Positions 29,389-39,898 are shown, numbered from the stretch's first letter. The stretch is DNA of 64,000 nt from Gammaproteobacteria bacterium (GCA_008081045.1 VMDC01000001.1:225280-289279); one strand, 5' to 3'. Numbers and translations: made by a program. Notes: generated by a model not told the origin, from the letters alone.

Positions 29389-29672
29389 TTTCTGCTCCTT
29401 TTTCTTGGTACCGCAAAACAGGCTAACAATCGCGTCTGTCCCGGTAAAGCTGTTCGCAGAAAGTTTTTGCCGCGAAATCTCTCGTTCTGGCGGGGAAGCG
29501 CTCCAAGCGTGCAGGGTCTGCCGGCCAGTCGCCTCGGCTGCGCGGCCTCAAACAGAAAGAGTCCGTTAAATGACAGTCCATTCCCAATATCTTAATGCTC
29601 TGTCCGTTCCCTTCGGGTAAAATACAGACCCAGCAACCCAGTCATAATATGTCCTGCTACTACGGAGATTAG

Positions 29673-30932
29673 ATGTTTAAGACCGGTACCAGCCTTACAG
29701 AATTTGACCCTGAAATCAGCGCAGCCATTGAATCCGAGAGAACCCGGCAGGAGCAGCATATCGAGCTCATCGCGTCGGAAAATCATACCAGCCCGTTTGT
29801 GATGGAAGCTCAGGGCTCAGTCCTGACCAATAAATACGCAGAGGGTTATCCGCACAAACGCTACTACGGGGGCTGTGAGTTCGTAGACAATGTCGAGGAA
29901 CTGGCTATCGCCCGGGCAAAAGAGCTGTTCGGTGCCGATTATGCAAACGTGCAGCCCCATTCGGGCTCTCAGGCCAATGCTTCGGTCTACATGGCGCTGG
30001 CGAAAGCAGGAGACACGGTCCTGGGCATGAGTCTCGCTGATGGCGGACATTTAACCCATGGCGCGTCGGTGAGTTTCTCAGGGCGGATCTACAACTCAGT
30101 GCAGTACGGTCTGAATAACGAAACGGGCGAAATCGATTACGATCAGATTGCCCAACTCGCCGAGGAGCACAAGCCACGGATCTTGATGGGAGGATTTTCC
30201 GCCTACTCGCGCGTGGTGGACTGGCAGAAGTTCAGAGACATAGCCGACAGCGTCGGTGCCTATCTCGTGGTCGATATGGCGCATATCTCCGGCTTGGTGG
30301 CCGCCGGCGTGTATCCCAGTCCGGTGCAGATTGCCGACGTGACCACTTCAACGACGCACAAAACGCTGCGCGGTCCTCGCGGGGGTATTATTCTTGCCAA
30401 GTCTAACCCCGAGCTTGAGAAGAAACTCAACTTCTCCGTATTTCCGGAAAGTCAGGGGGGGCCGCTGATGCATGTAATTGCGGCAAAGGCTATCTGTTTC
30501 AAGGAAGCCATGAGTCCTGAGTTCCGCGCCTATCAGGAGCAGGTCATCAGAAACGCTCAGGTCATGGCTCAGGGGTTCATCGCCCGGGGCTATGACATTG
30601 TCTCGGGAGGGACGGACGATCATCTGTTTTTGTTGAGCCTGATTCGACAGGGCATTACCGGCAAAGACGCAGATGCCGCACTTGATGAGGCCAACATCAC
30701 GGTCAACAAGAACGCAGTGCCGAATGATCCGAACCCGCCTTTTGTAACCAGTGGATTGAGGATCGGCACGCCTGCGATCACGACCAGAGGCTTTGTCGAG
30801 GATGACTGTGCCGAGCTGACTGGCTGGATGTGCGATGTGCTGGACGACCTCGACAACCGGGAGGTGCGTGCTTCTGTGAAAGAAAAAGTGCTGGCGCTGT
30901 GTGCCAAGTATCCGGTTTACCAGCAGGCTTAA
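29673..30932 (+). CDS. glyA: Serine hydroxymethyltransferase
   Basis: [30 protein letters not shown], and the PLP-Lys motif [15 protein letters not shown]. Confidence 0.97.
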   Translation: MFKTGTSLTEFDPEISAAIESERTRQEQHIELIASENHTSPFVMEAQGSVLTNKYAEGYPHKRYYGGCEFVDNVEELAIARAKELFGADYANVQPHSGSQANASVYMALAKAGDTVLGMSLADGGHLTHGASVSFSGRIYNSVQYGLNNETGEIDYDQIAQLAEEHKPRILMGGFSAYSRVVDWQKFRDIADSVGAYLVVDMAHISGLVAAGVYPSPVQIADVTTSTTHKTLRGPRGGIILAKSNPELEKKLNFSVFPESQGGPLMHVIAAKAICFKEAMSPEFRAYQEQVIRNAQVMAQGFIARGYDIVSGGTDDHLFLLSLIRQGITGKDADAALDEANITVNKNAVPNDPNPPFVTSGLRIGTPAITTRGFVEDDCAELTGWMCDVLDDLDNREVRASVKEKVLALCAKYPVYQQA

Positions 30933-30948
30933 TTAAGAGAGCTTATTC

Positions 30949-31407
30949 ATGCACTGTCCTTTTTGCGGCGCTATAGATACTAAAGTGATTGATTCAAGGC
31001 TGGTCTCCGAGGGCAATCACGTGCGTCGTCGTCGTGAGTGCATAACCTGTGAGGAGCGTTTCACGACCTATGAATCCGCGGAACTGGTAATGCCGCGGAT
31101 AATCAAACAGAACGGCATCAGAGAACCTTTCAATGAGGACAAGCTGTTTGCGGGCCTGAACAAGGCGCTGGAGAAACGACCCGTCAGCATTGAAAGCGTT
31201 GAAGAGGCGGTCAATCGGATCAAAGCGAATCTGCGCTCGACCGGGGAGCGTGAAATTCCCTCGCGCACAGTCGGTGAGCAAGTCACCAGGGAGCTTCGGG
31301 AACTGGACGAGGTGGCGTATGTCCGCTTTGCTTCGGTTTACCGGAGCTTCAAAGATCTGGCAGAGTTCAGGGCTGAGATCGACAAGTTGTCCAAAGACAC
31401 GCCCTGA
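30949..31407 (+). CDS. nrdR: Transcriptional repressor NrdR
   Basis: MHCPFCG...[13 protein letters not shown] zinc ribbon plus an ATP-cone. Conserved position upstream of ribD. Confidence 0.95.
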   Translation: MHCPFCGAIDTKVIDSRLVSEGNHVRRRRECITCEERFTTYESAELVMPRIIKQNGIREPFNEDKLFAGLNKALEKRPVSIESVEEAVNRIKANLRSTGEREIPSRTVGEQVTRELRELDEVAYVRFASVYRSFKDLAEFRAEIDKLSKDTP

Positions 31408-31533
31408 GCGCCAGACTACGGAAACGGGGTGGCCCGAGTCCAAAAACAGGCGTGAATCTGCTACACTCCCGCTCCTTTTCCCTATGTCACCGATGCCCAG
31501 CCGTTGTTTGGCCAGTGTCGGTGAGGCGAGATC

Positions 31534-32697
31534 ATGGAATACGTCCGAAACTCAGACCTGAAGCCTTCGTGGTGTGACTGGCCGGTGCACATGCAGAGGG
31601 CTCTTGACCTGGCAGAAAGCGTCCTGACAGCCTGTCCCAATCCTCGGGTTGGGTGTGTACTGGTGCGGGACGGTCAGGTGATCTCGGAGGGCTGGCACAG
31701 TGCTGCCGGTGCACCCCATGCCGAAGCCATGGCGCTGGAAGCGGCGGGCCCGGCAGCCCGTGGGGGGGTTGCCTTCGTCAGTCTTGAACCTTGCGCCCAT
31801 CATGGCAAGACAGGACCGTGCAGCGAGGCGCTGATTGCCGCTGGCGTTGCAACGGTGGTGATCCCGATGCAGGATCCGCATCCGGCAGTTTCTGGCAAGG
31901 GCATTGCACAACTCGAAGAAGCCGGTGTCGAAGTGATTATGATGGTCGATTTCGAGAACGCCGCGCGGGTAATCAATCTCGGGTTTCTTTCTCGCGTTGA
32001 GCGGGGCAGGCCGCGGGTGCGAATGAAGCTTGCTATGAGCCTTGACGGTCGCACTGCCCTGTCCAACGGGGACAGTAAGTGGATCACCGATGGGGCTTCT
32101 CGCAGTGACGTGCAGCTGCTGCGGGCAAGCAGCAGCGCAGTACTCACCGGAGTGGGTACCGTCCTGGCGGACGATCCGAGCCTGACGGTGCGGCCAGATG
32201 AAATGGGCTTAAGCGCCGATCAGCAACGAAGTAATGCCTTAAACCTGCAAAATCCGCCTCTGCGGGTAGTCCTGGACAGCGCGTTGCGCACGCCTGCTCA
32301 ATCCAAGTTACTGGCAGCGCAGGGCAGGGTCCTCATTTATACGACTGCCTCTGCGCAATCCGCGGAACTGGCAGGGCTGAAAAATTGCGATCTCAAAGTG
32401 GCCGGAAGTGAGGCGCGGGTTGAACTGCTTCCGGTGCTGGAGTCGCTGGCGTCTGAATATCACTGCAACGACATTCTGGTGGAGGCAGGCCCTACCTTGT
32501 GCGGTGCATTCCTGCGCGCCAGGCTGGTGGATGAACTGATTGTTTATGTGGCGCCAAAGCTGATGGGCAGCGACGGGAAAGCCCTTCTGGATCTGCATGG
32601 TATTCAAACCATGGCAGATACCCCGACGTTTGAAGTCATAGAAACCCAGCAGCTGGAAGGGGATGTCAAGTTGCGCCTGCTGCCACAGCTTAATTAA
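31534..32697 (+). CDS. ribD: Bifunctional riboflavin biosynthesis protein RibD (deaminase/reductase)
   Basis: Deaminase zinc motifs HAEAMAL and PCAHHGKTGPC. C-terminal reductase domain. Confidence 0.9.
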   Translation: MEYVRNSDLKPSWCDWPVHMQRALDLAESVLTACPNPRVGCVLVRDGQVISEGWHSAAGAPHAEAMALEAAGPAARGGVAFVSLEPCAHHGKTGPCSEALIAAGVATVVIPMQDPHPAVSGKGIAQLEEAGVEVIMMVDFENAARVINLGFLSRVERGRPRVRMKLAMSLDGRTALSNGDSKWITDGASRSDVQLLRASSSAVLTGVGTVLADDPSLTVRPDEMGLSADQQRSNALNLQNPPLRVVLDSALRTPAQSKLLAAQGRVLIYTTASAQSAELAGLKNCDLKVAGSEARVELLPVLESLASEYHCNDILVEAGPTLCGAFLRARLVDELIVYVAPKLMGSDGKALLDLHGIQTMADTPTFEVIETQQLEGDVKLRLLPQLN

Positions 32698-32731
32698 AAA
32701 AGCGGCCTCACGGTCCAACAGAGAATCCAAT

Positions 32732-33388
32732 ATGTTTACCGGAATAGTTGAAAGCATCGGCAAGGTGGTAAGCCTGGAAAGAATTCAGGAGGAATGGCGC
32801 CTTACCCTGCAAACAGGCAGCTTGAGCCTTGATGATGTGAAGCTCGGAGACAGTATTGCAGTGAGTGGTTGTTGTCTTACTGTCGTGCAGTTAACCGGAG
32901 ATGGATTCGTCGCCGATGTGTCCAACGAGACACTCCGCTGCACGACCCTCGGAGACTTCAAGCCCGGTACTCGGGTGAATCTTGAGAAAGCCATGCAGGC
33001 AACCGATCGTTTTGGTGGACATATCGTCAGCGGTCACGTTGACGGCGTCGGCGAGCTGGTGTCCACCGAAATTGAGGGCAAGAGCCACAAGCTGGTATTT
33101 TCGGTTCCCGACACACTGAGCAGATACATCGCTGCCAAAGGGTCGATTTGCATTGACGGAACCAGTCTGACGGTGAATCAGGTACAAGCGAATACCTTCT
33201 CCATTAATATCATTCCTCATACGCAGGAAATGACGGTGAGCGGCACTTACCGGCCCGGACAGCGGGTCAACCTGGAAGTGGATCTTATTGCCCGCTATCT
33301 GGAGAAACTCTTTTCGAATGAACATCAAGATGAAGGCGGAGGTGTCAGTGCATCGCTGCTTGAACAACATGGATTCAAGCGAGACTGA
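32732..33388 (+). CDS. ribE: Riboflavin synthase
   Basis: MFTGIVESIGKV start (ATG at 32732) and an internal duplication (GDSIAVSGCCLTV / GSICIDGTSLTV). Confidence 0.95.
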   Translation: MFTGIVESIGKVVSLERIQEEWRLTLQTGSLSLDDVKLGDSIAVSGCCLTVVQLTGDGFVADVSNETLRCTTLGDFKPGTRVNLEKAMQATDRFGGHIVSGHVDGVGELVSTEIEGKSHKLVFSVPDTLSRYIAAKGSICIDGTSLTVNQVQANTFSINIIPHTQEMTVSGTYRPGQRVNLEVDLIARYLEKLFSNEHQDEGGGVSASLLEQHGFKRD

Positions 33389-33399
33389 ATGGTCGCACT

Positions 33400-34512
33400 A
33401 TGAAGCTTAACTCGATAGAAGAAATAATAGACGATATCCGCCTCGGCAAGATGGTGATCCTCATGGACGATGAGGATCGTGAGAATGAAGGCGATCTGAT
33501 CATTGCGGCGGAACGGGTGCGTACTGAGGACGTCAATTTCATGGCAACCAATGCGCGCGGGCTGATTTGCCTGACTCTCACCGGCGAGCGCTGTAAGCAC
33601 CTCAAACTGCCTCTGATGGTGGATGACAACAATACGCCTTACAACACGAATTTCACGGTTTCCATTGAAGCGGCAAGCGGCGTAACGACAGGGATTTCTG
33701 CGGCTGATCGCGCCCGGACCATTCAGGTCGCCGTGGCCAGAGACAGCGAGCCGGAAGACATCGTCCAGCCCGGACATATTTTTCCGATCATGGCCCAGCC
33801 GGGAGGCGTTTTGCGTCGGGCGGGGCATACCGAAGCGGGTTGTGATCTCGCGCGGCTGGCGGGCTATCAGCCGGCGGCAGCCATCGTAGAAATCATGAAC
33901 GAAGACGGGTCTATGGCGCGCCGGCCAGATCTCGAAAAATTTGCCCACAAGCATGACCTCAAGATCGGTACCATTGTTGATCTGATTCACTATCGTATTG
34001 CGAACGAGCAGACGGTAACCCGGACCGAAACTTATGAGATGGCCACTGCACATGGTCCGTTCACGGTTCATAAGTATGTGGATTCCATCAGCGGGAGCCT
34101 GCACCTCGCTTTTGTCAAAGGTGAGCCGTCTCCAGAGGAGCCCACGCTGACAAGAGTCCACATACCCAACACCCTGCGTGATACCTGTGAGGTCTATAAT
34201 TCTGAGCGAACCAGCTGGTCTTTCAGTGCCGCACTGAGAAGAATCAGCGCGGAAGGCAAAGGAGTCGCTGTGTTATTATCCGGTGAGGATTACGGTCAGG
34301 ATCTCGCCGGCAATCTGGCCTCGGCACTGGCTGAGGGCACTGACGGTTCACAGGCAACACGTGCCGGCAGTGATCTGACGATCGGCACAGGTTCGCAGAT
34401 ACTGCGCGATCTCGGGGTTGGCAAGATGCGATTGTTGAGCCATCCGGCACGTTTCAACGCGATTTCCGGATTTGACCTTGAAGTGGTCGATTTCGTCGGC
34501 TTTGAGAAATAA
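33400..34512 (+). CDS. ribBA: 3,4-dihydroxy-2-butanone-4-phosphate synthase fused to a degenerate GTP cyclohydrolase II-like domain (RibBA)
   Basis: DHBP synthase motifs DDEDRENEGDLI and GHTEAG. The C-terminal domain keeps RVH but lacks the Zn-binding C..C.C seen in the stand-alone RibA at 37138. Confidence 0.9.
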   Translation: MKLNSIEEIIDDIRLGKMVILMDDEDRENEGDLIIAAERVRTEDVNFMATNARGLICLTLTGERCKHLKLPLMVDDNNTPYNTNFTVSIEAASGVTTGISAADRARTIQVAVARDSEPEDIVQPGHIFPIMAQPGGVLRRAGHTEAGCDLARLAGYQPAAAIVEIMNEDGSMARRPDLEKFAHKHDLKIGTIVDLIHYRIANEQTVTRTETYEMATAHGPFTVHKYVDSISGSLHLAFVKGEPSPEEPTLTRVHIPNTLRDTCEVYNSERTSWSFSAALRRISAEGKGVAVLLSGEDYGQDLAGNLASALAEGTDGSQATRAGSDLTIGTGSQILRDLGVGKMRLLSHPARFNAISGFDLEVVDFVGFEK

Positions 34513-34567
34513 CACCAACCGGTCCGCTGCCCGGCGGGCTCCGGTCGGGCAGTGACTAAAGGATTGA

Positions 34568-35047
34568 ATGATCATGAGCATCAAAATCATTGAAGGGGAT
34601 TATCAGCTTGCTTCGGCACGATTTGGTCTTGCGGTGGCGCGCTTCAACAGCTTCATCGTTGATCGGTTGCTGGAAGGGGCTCTGGACGCGCTGCAAAAGC
34701 ATGGGGTGATGGAACGAGACATCACCGTGGTAAAAGTCCCGGGCGCTTATGAACTGCCATTGGCGGTCAAGATGATGCTGGATCAGAACAGTTACGATGG
34801 CATTATCGCACTCGGCGCAGTGATCCGCGGCGGAACTCCGCACTTTGAATATGTCGCGGGCGAGTGTGTAAAAGGGCTCAGCCAGGTCGGCCTCGATGCG
34901 TCTTTGCCGGTGAGCTTCGGTGTGCTGACGGTCGACACCATTGAGCAGGCCATTGAAAGAGCGGGCACCAAAGCCGGCAACAAAGGCGCGGAAGCGGCTA
35001 TGACGGCCATCGAAATGGTCAGCTTGTCTCGTCAACTGAAAGCCTAA
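34568..35047 (+). CDS. ribH: 6,7-dimethyl-8-ribityllumazine synthase
   Basis: [31 protein letters not shown] motifs. An alternative ATG lies at 34574. Confidence 0.95.
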   Translation: MIMSIKIIEGDYQLASARFGLAVARFNSFIVDRLLEGALDALQKHGVMERDITVVKVPGAYELPLAVKMMLDQNSYDGIIALGAVIRGGTPHFEYVAGECVKGLSQVGLDASLPVSFGVLTVDTIEQAIERAGTKAGNKGAEAAMTAIEMVSLSRQLKA

Positions 35048-35069
35048 GGCTTCACAACTCGGTGGTCAG

Positions 35070-35510
35070 GTGCCTTCCAAACTCCCTCTAGCCCAACGCA
35101 GAAAGGCGCGACAGCTTATTCTGCAGGCCCTCTATCAATGGTCTCTCACCGGTGCTGACCCTTCGGAGATCAGCAAAGAGTTCCACGATCGGAATAACGC
35201 GAAGATTGATTGGGTTTTTTTTGATGAGGTTTTCCAGGGCATTCCCAAAACAGTCGACACTCTCGATGGACATCTGCATCCTCTGCTGGACCGAAAACCG
35301 GAGGCGCTGGATCCCATTGAAAAGTCCCTGCTTTATCTGGGAGCCTATGAGCTGGCAAATCGCATTGATGTGCCGTATCGCGTGGTAATCAATGAATGTG
35401 TCGAACTCGCCAAAGTGTTCGGGGCCACAGAGAGTCATAAGTACATCAACGGCGTTCTGGATAAACTTGCCCCTGCACTGCGCACCGCCGAATACGGCAG
35501 GCGGGCCTGA
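35070..35510 (+). CDS. nusB: Transcription antitermination factor NusB
   Basis: ARQLILQALYQW..., YRVVINECVELAK.FG, FINGVLDK-type motifs. GTG start. Conserved ribH-nusB-thiL order. Confidence 0.9.
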   Translation: MPSKLPLAQRRKARQLILQALYQWSLTGADPSEISKEFHDRNNAKIDWVFFDEVFQGIPKTVDTLDGHLHPLLDRKPEALDPIEKSLLYLGAYELANRIDVPYRVVINECVELAKVFGATESHKYINGVLDKLAPALRTAEYGRRA

Positions 35511-35562
35511 GCGTTGGGCTCAGCGGTCAGGCGCCTGCTTATCGCACATGGTCTGATTGAAC

Positions 35563-36612
35563 ATGTCACTCTCAGAATTTGAACTGATTGACCGTTTCTT
35601 CAAATCCCGAATGACAGGAGATCTGCATCCGGCCGTAAGCCTCGGCATAGGCGATGATGCTGCGATTATGCATGGCCGGCCCGGGCAATCGCTGTGCGTG
35701 TGTACCGATGTCCTCGTCAATGATGTTCATTTCCCTGCCGGGGCTGATCCTGCGGAAATCGGGCAGCGTGCTCTGCGAGTCAATCTGAGTGACCTGGCCG
35801 CTATGGGCGCCAGGCCTGTGTGTTTTACGCTGGGTCTGACCCTGCCCTCTGCCGATGAGCAATGGCTGTCGGGTTTTTCGTCGGGCCTGTTCGGCGCAGC
35901 CGAGCAGTTCGGGTGTTCCCTGATGGGTGGTGATACCACCCGCGGCCCCTTGTCCATCAGCATTACTGCGATCGGGGAGGTGCCGTCGGGGCAAGCTGTC
36001 AGCCGAAGCGGGGCAAAGCCGGGCGATGTTCTGTATGTCACCGGCTGTCTGGGCGATGGGCAGGTCGCTTTACATCAGTTGGATTTTGAAGCGGCAGAGT
36101 CCACGGCGCATAAGCCAGCACTCGCTGAAGCAGGGCATCAGTCAGTCCGTAAAGATCTGACCCCGGAAGATCATGTTTACCTGTACCGACGATTTTTTCG
36201 CCCTGAGCCCAGGCTGGCTTTCGCTGATCTGGCCCGCAATCTGATGAGCTCGGCAATTGATGTGTCTGACGGACTGCACGCAGATGCGGGTCATCTGGCC
36301 AGGGCTTCTGCTGTCGAGTTGTGCATCAATCTGGATCAGCTGCCGTTTTCTCGATCGGTGCTTGGCTTGACTTCAGAGGCGGAGCGGGTGAATGCCGCGC
36401 TGTACGGAGGGGATGATTACGAGCTTTGCTTCACCGCGGAGACTGCCTGCCGGGATAGGATTGGTGAGATCGCGGCGAGTGCAGGTTTGCGGGTGACTGA
36501 GATCGGTGAAGTCCGGCACGGGAACGGGGTTAGCCTGTTTGACCGGGGGGTTGCAGCAACGGCTGATCATCAGCGTGGCTTCGATCATTTTTCCAGAATG
36601 GAGACGCCGTGA
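35563..36612 (+). CDS. thiL: Thiamine-monophosphate kinase
   Basis: MSLSEFELIDRFF start (ATG at 35563). GIGDDAA, DLAAMGA, GGDTT motifs. Confidence 0.9.
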   Translation: MSLSEFELIDRFFKSRMTGDLHPAVSLGIGDDAAIMHGRPGQSLCVCTDVLVNDVHFPAGADPAEIGQRALRVNLSDLAAMGARPVCFTLGLTLPSADEQWLSGFSSGLFGAAEQFGCSLMGGDTTRGPLSISITAIGEVPSGQAVSRSGAKPGDVLYVTGCLGDGQVALHQLDFEAAESTAHKPALAEAGHQSVRKDLTPEDHVYLYRRFFRPEPRLAFADLARNLMSSAIDVSDGLHADAGHLARASAVELCINLDQLPFSRSVLGLTSEAERVNAALYGGDDYELCFTAETACRDRIGEIAASAGLRVTEIGEVRHGNGVSLFDRGVAATADHQRGFDHFSRMETP

Positions 36613-37082
36613 TACCGGCAGGATTCGACAAGGCCAGTCCGGTACACTGGCTCGCATTCGGTCTCGGCAGCGGGTTTGCGCCCAAGGCGCCCGGGACCGT
36701 TGGCTCTGCCGCTGCGATACTGCTGTATCTGCTACTGGCAGAGCTCCCGCTGGCGGTCTACTGTGTAATCGTCGTCCTGGCATTCGTGGCAGGCGTCTGG
36801 ATATGCGGCGCAACTTCGAGACAGCTTGGGGTTCATGACCATGGCGGAATCGTCTGGGATGAGTTCGTGGGCGTGTGGATCACGCTGGCGGCCGTCCCGC
36901 CGACCCCGGGTGGAGTGCTATTTGGCTTTCTGCTGTTTCGACTGCTGGATATTGTGAAACCGTGGCCAATCAAGTGGGCTGATAAAAAGGTTCACGGTGG
37001 TTTTGGCATCATGCTCGATGATGCGATAGCAGGTATACTGGCGGCCGCCTGCTTGCAGGCAGGCTTTTTGCTCATCGCCTAG
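36609..37082 (+). CDS. pgpA: Phosphatidylglycerophosphatase A
   Basis: GSGF.PKAPGT.GS, IVWDEFVG, KPWPI motifs. GTG start overlaps the thiL stop. Confidence 0.9.
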   Translation: MIPAGFDKASPVHWLAFGLGSGFAPKAPGTVGSAAAILLYLLLAELPLAVYCVIVVLAFVAGVWICGATSRQLGVHDHGGIVWDEFVGVWITLAAVPPTPGGVLFGFLLFRLLDIVKPWPIKWADKKVHGGFGIMLDDAIAGILAAACLQAGFLLIA

Positions 37083-37137
37083 CTACGTTCTGAAAAGGCT
37101 GGTTTAGCCCGTTCATCAATTAAAAAAGAGTGACAGT

Positions 37138-37722
37138 GTGACGGTATCTTTCATCGCATCAGCAGCGCTGCCGACGCAGTGGGGGCAGTTCACTATTCAC
37201 GGTTTCGAGGACTCAGTGACGGGCAAGGAGCACGTGGCGCTGGCTATGGGCGACCTCGGTCCGGGTCAACCAATACTGTGTCGATTGCACTCTGAATGTC
37301 TGACCGGTGATTGCCTGTTCAGCCTGCGCTGTGATTGCGGCCCTCAGCTGCAGGCAGCCATGCAGAGGATTGCCGAGGAAGGGCAAGGCCTGATTCTTTA
37401 TCTGCGTCAGGAAGGAAGGGGCATTGGCTTACTCAATAAAATCAAAGCTTATGGCCTGCAGGACAGCGGAGCCGATACGGTCGAAGCGAACGAACAACTT
37501 GGGTTTGCTGCCGATGGTCGCGAATATGACATTTGCCGTCCAATGCTTGAGCATCTCGGTGTCGACACGCTGCGCGTGATGACCAACAACCCCCGTAAGG
37601 TAGAGGCGCTACAATCGATGGGGATGACGATTGAGGAGATGGTCGCTCTGCATACCGGTGTTAATCCGCACAACAAGGACTATCTTGCGGTCAAAGTCAG
37701 TAAACTTGGTCACATCGAATAA
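37138..37722 (+). CDS. ribA: GTP cyclohydrolase II
   Basis: [23 protein letters not shown] zinc site. [11 protein letters not shown] motif. Confidence 0.95.
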   Translation: MTVSFIASAALPTQWGQFTIHGFEDSVTGKEHVALAMGDLGPGQPILCRLHSECLTGDCLFSLRCDCGPQLQAAMQRIAEEGQGLILYLRQEGRGIGLLNKIKAYGLQDSGADTVEANEQLGFAADGREYDICRPMLEHLGVDTLRVMTNNPRKVEALQSMGMTIEEMVALHTGVNPHNKDYLAVKVSKLGHIE

Positions 37723-37740
37723 TCGCCACCCGGAATTCCC

Positions 37741-38403
37741 TTGTCCCAATCCCGCTCACTCATTGTCGATCTTTTGCGCCATGGTGAACCAGAGGGGGGA
37801 GATATCCTCCGAGGCAGGATAAACCCGATTCTGACCGAGTTAGGATGGCAGCAGATGAGAGCGGCAGCGTCTCTGGATGCGTCTTTTTCGGCAACAGCAA
37901 ACACACCGCACTGGGACACAGTGATCAGTTCGCCCCTGTTGCGATGTCGCGAATTCGCTGAGCGAGCTTCGAGCGCTGCTCGGGCGAGCTGCCACATAGA
38001 GGAGCAGTGGCAGGAAATTGATTATGGAGACTGGGATGGTATGCCGCTGAAACAGTGGCGCCGGGAGGCGGCCGATCAGTTTCGTGCTTTCCGACAGGAC
38101 CCGGCTGCGCTGGCACCCCCCAACGGTGAAGATTTCCTCTCGTTCAAAGCGCGGATTCTTGCTGCCTGGCAGGCTATCGGCGAGCGGCAAGGATCCAACC
38201 ATGTCCTGGTGGTCACCCATGGTGGGGTGATGCGAGTCGTTCTGCCCTGGGTGCTTGGAATGCCACTGAATCGGAGTTTTCCGCTAGACATCCCTTTTGC
38301 GTGCCTCAGCAGGATAAAACTGACATGGGCTGACGACAAAGTCAGCGCCAGCCTGATCTTTCATAATGGCGCCGCTTATCGTCAGGCGAACAAATTGTCT
38401 TAA
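37741..38403 (+). CDS. Histidine phosphatase family protein (alpha-ribazole phosphatase CobC-like)
   Basis: The RHG catalytic motif (LLRHGEPEGG) and the later VVTHGGVMR motif. The CobC-like assignment rests only on the neighbouring btuF-like and cobO genes. TTG start. Confidence 0.6.
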   Translation: MSQSRSLIVDLLRHGEPEGGDILRGRINPILTELGWQQMRAAASLDASFSATANTPHWDTVISSPLLRCREFAERASSAARASCHIEEQWQEIDYGDWDGMPLKQWRREAADQFRAFRQDPAALAPPNGEDFLSFKARILAAWQAIGERQGSNHVLVVTHGGVMRVVLPWVLGMPLNRSFPLDIPFACLSRIKLTWADDKVSASLIFHNGAAYRQANKLS

Positions 38404-39293
38404 TTGCTCTCGCGCACAGACTCGATCTGCACGCAAAGCCGCTGCGCACCTTCGAGCGCTCTTGGCGTATGCCGCTGCATCAGATCCGGCGGAATAAAAA
38501 AGAGTTTGTCGTTTCTGACCGCTGACAAATCTGTCCAGTCACGCCAGCTATCCAACCATTCGGGCCGCTCCTGATCCATACCGCTGGCCACGATGATTTG
38601 CGGGTCCCGGGACAGCACGGATTCCACAGACACTTTCGGTGCGACCCGGGACAGCTCTCTGAAAATGTTGGTTCCGCCGCAGAGACTGATGATGTCATTG
38701 ATCAGCTCTTTCCCACCGGCCGTGATGAGCGGCCGGTCCCAGACCTGGTAAAACGTTCTGACTGGTTCACGCCGGGCGTAGCGTGTCCGGAGATCCTGAA
38801 GCTGTCGTCGAAAACCTGCGCTGGCTGCGGAAGCCACAGTGCCGGTGCCGGCGAGGGTACCGAGTCGGTCGAGATGGGAGGCCACTGTGTCCAGGTCCTG
38901 TGGCTCGGCGACATAGATTGTGAGCCCCAGCTCCCTGAGTCGGTTGATCGCGGCGCGAGGATTGCCCGACCGCCAGGCGATAACCAGGTCAGGTTGTAGC
39001 GCCAACAGGGTTTCCAGATCAAGGGCGTCATGGCGACCGACGACTGGCAGGCTTCTGGCTTCTGGCGGGTAGTCGCTGAATTCGACGACGCCAACAACCT
39101 TGCTCCCGGCTCCCGCAGCGTACAGGATTTCTGTCAGTGAGGGTGCGAGGCTGATGATCCGCATGGCCGGCGCTGTCAGTCTGATCAGAGTGCCTTCGTC
39201 GTCATAAGCCTCGGCGGCATCAGCTCGCTGGTAACCCGATAAGCCAAGACTCAGAATTACCGCGAACGCAAAGTAAGCATTGGATGACTTCAA
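38400..39293 (-). CDS. Periplasmic cobalamin/siderophore-type ABC substrate-binding protein (BtuF-like)
   Basis: Signal peptide. RIISLAPSLTEILYAAGAGSKVVGV motif and overall BtuF-like length. Coupled to cobO (overlapping stop and start). Confidence 0.7.
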   Translation of the reverse strand: MKSSNAYFAFAVILSLGLSGYQRADAAEAYDDEGTLIRLTAPAMRIISLAPSLTEILYAAGAGSKVVGVVEFSDYPPEARSLPVVGRHDALDLETLLALQPDLVIAWRSGNPRAAINRLRELGLTIYVAEPQDLDTVASHLDRLGTLAGTGTVASAASAGFRRQLQDLRTRYARREPVRTFYQVWDRPLITAGGKELINDIISLCGGTNIFRELSRVAPKVSVESVLSRDPQIIVASGMDQERPEWLDSWRDWTDLSAVRNDKLFFIPPDLMQRHTPRALEGAQRLCVQIESVRESN

Positions 39294-39898
39294 TAATCTA
39301 TGCCTCGTTGCACTTTAACACCCTCATAGAACGCGTGTTTGGTTTCGCCGATTTCGCTGACGGTATCGGCCATCTCAATCAATTCAGCCGACGCGTTTCT
39401 TCCCGTTACCACCACGTGTTGCGCGGGAGGTCGAGACTCGATTGCCTTTAACACCGTTTCTTTATCGAGATAACCGTAGGTGAGCATATAGGTGAGTTCG
39501 TCCAGAATCACGACATTGACCTCAGGGTCGCATAACAGGGCAGCGGCATGCTGCCAGGTCGACTCGGCCGCTGCAATATCCGCTTCCCGGTCCTGTGTTT
39601 CCCAGGTGAAGCCGGTGGCCATGACGAAGAAATCAACCAGCTCATGGTGCTGAAACAACTTCTGCTCGCCGCAATCCCACGTGCCTTTGATAAACTGGAC
39701 AACGCCGCAACGCAGCCCGTGACCGACACTGCGGGCCAGCATGCCAAAGGCAGAGGAGCTTTTACCTTTGCCATTTCCGGTTAAGACGACCATCAGCCCT
39801 TTATCGATCGTCGCCTTGGCTATGTTGCCATCAATGTGTTCTTTCTTGCGCTGCATCGCGCGCTTGTGACGGGCATTGCGCTCGGCCGAAGTCGACAT
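39290..39898 (-). CDS. cobO: Cob(I)yrinic acid a,c-diamide adenosyltransferase
   Basis: GNGKGKSSSAFG P-loop, VQFIKG, LDELTY motifs. The ATG at 39898 (MSTSAERNARH...) is preferred over the longer ORF. Confidence 0.9.
   Translation of the reverse strand: MSTSAERNARHKRAMQRKKEHIDGNIAKATIDKGLMVVLTGNGKGKSSSAFGMLARSVGHGLRCGVVQFIKGTWDCGEQKLFQHHELVDFFVMATGFTWETQDREADIAAAESTWQHAAALLCDPEVNVVILDELTYMLTYGYLDKETVLKAIESRPPAQHVVVTGRNASAELIEMADTVSEIGETKHAFYEGVKVQRGIDY

Noticed and set aside
29389-29672. Possible ZTP (pfl) riboswitch in the 284-nt region upstream of glyA (TTCTGGCGGGGAAGCGC … CAGTCGCCTCGGCTG).
   Set aside because: Only loose resemblance to the ACUGGCG … CGGGGAGC … CCGCCUGGGC consensus. The P2 hairpin and the exact pseudoknot partner are missing. 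This class is not expected upstream of glyA in this lineage. A cmsearch with RF01750 would settle it.
31408-31533. FMN (RFN) riboswitch upstream of ribD, ribBA (33389-33399) or ribH (34513-34567).
   Set aside because: None of the conserved RFN blocks (GGGTGAAATTCC, CCGACGGT.AAAGTCCGGATG) are present. The gaps before ribBA and ribH are too short.
34527-34552. GC-rich hairpin CTGCCCG-N12-CGGGCAG between ribBA and ribH.
   Set aside because: No U-tract follows, so it is not a convincing intrinsic terminator. It could be an mRNA-stabilising or processing element, but nothing in the sequence supports a specific call.
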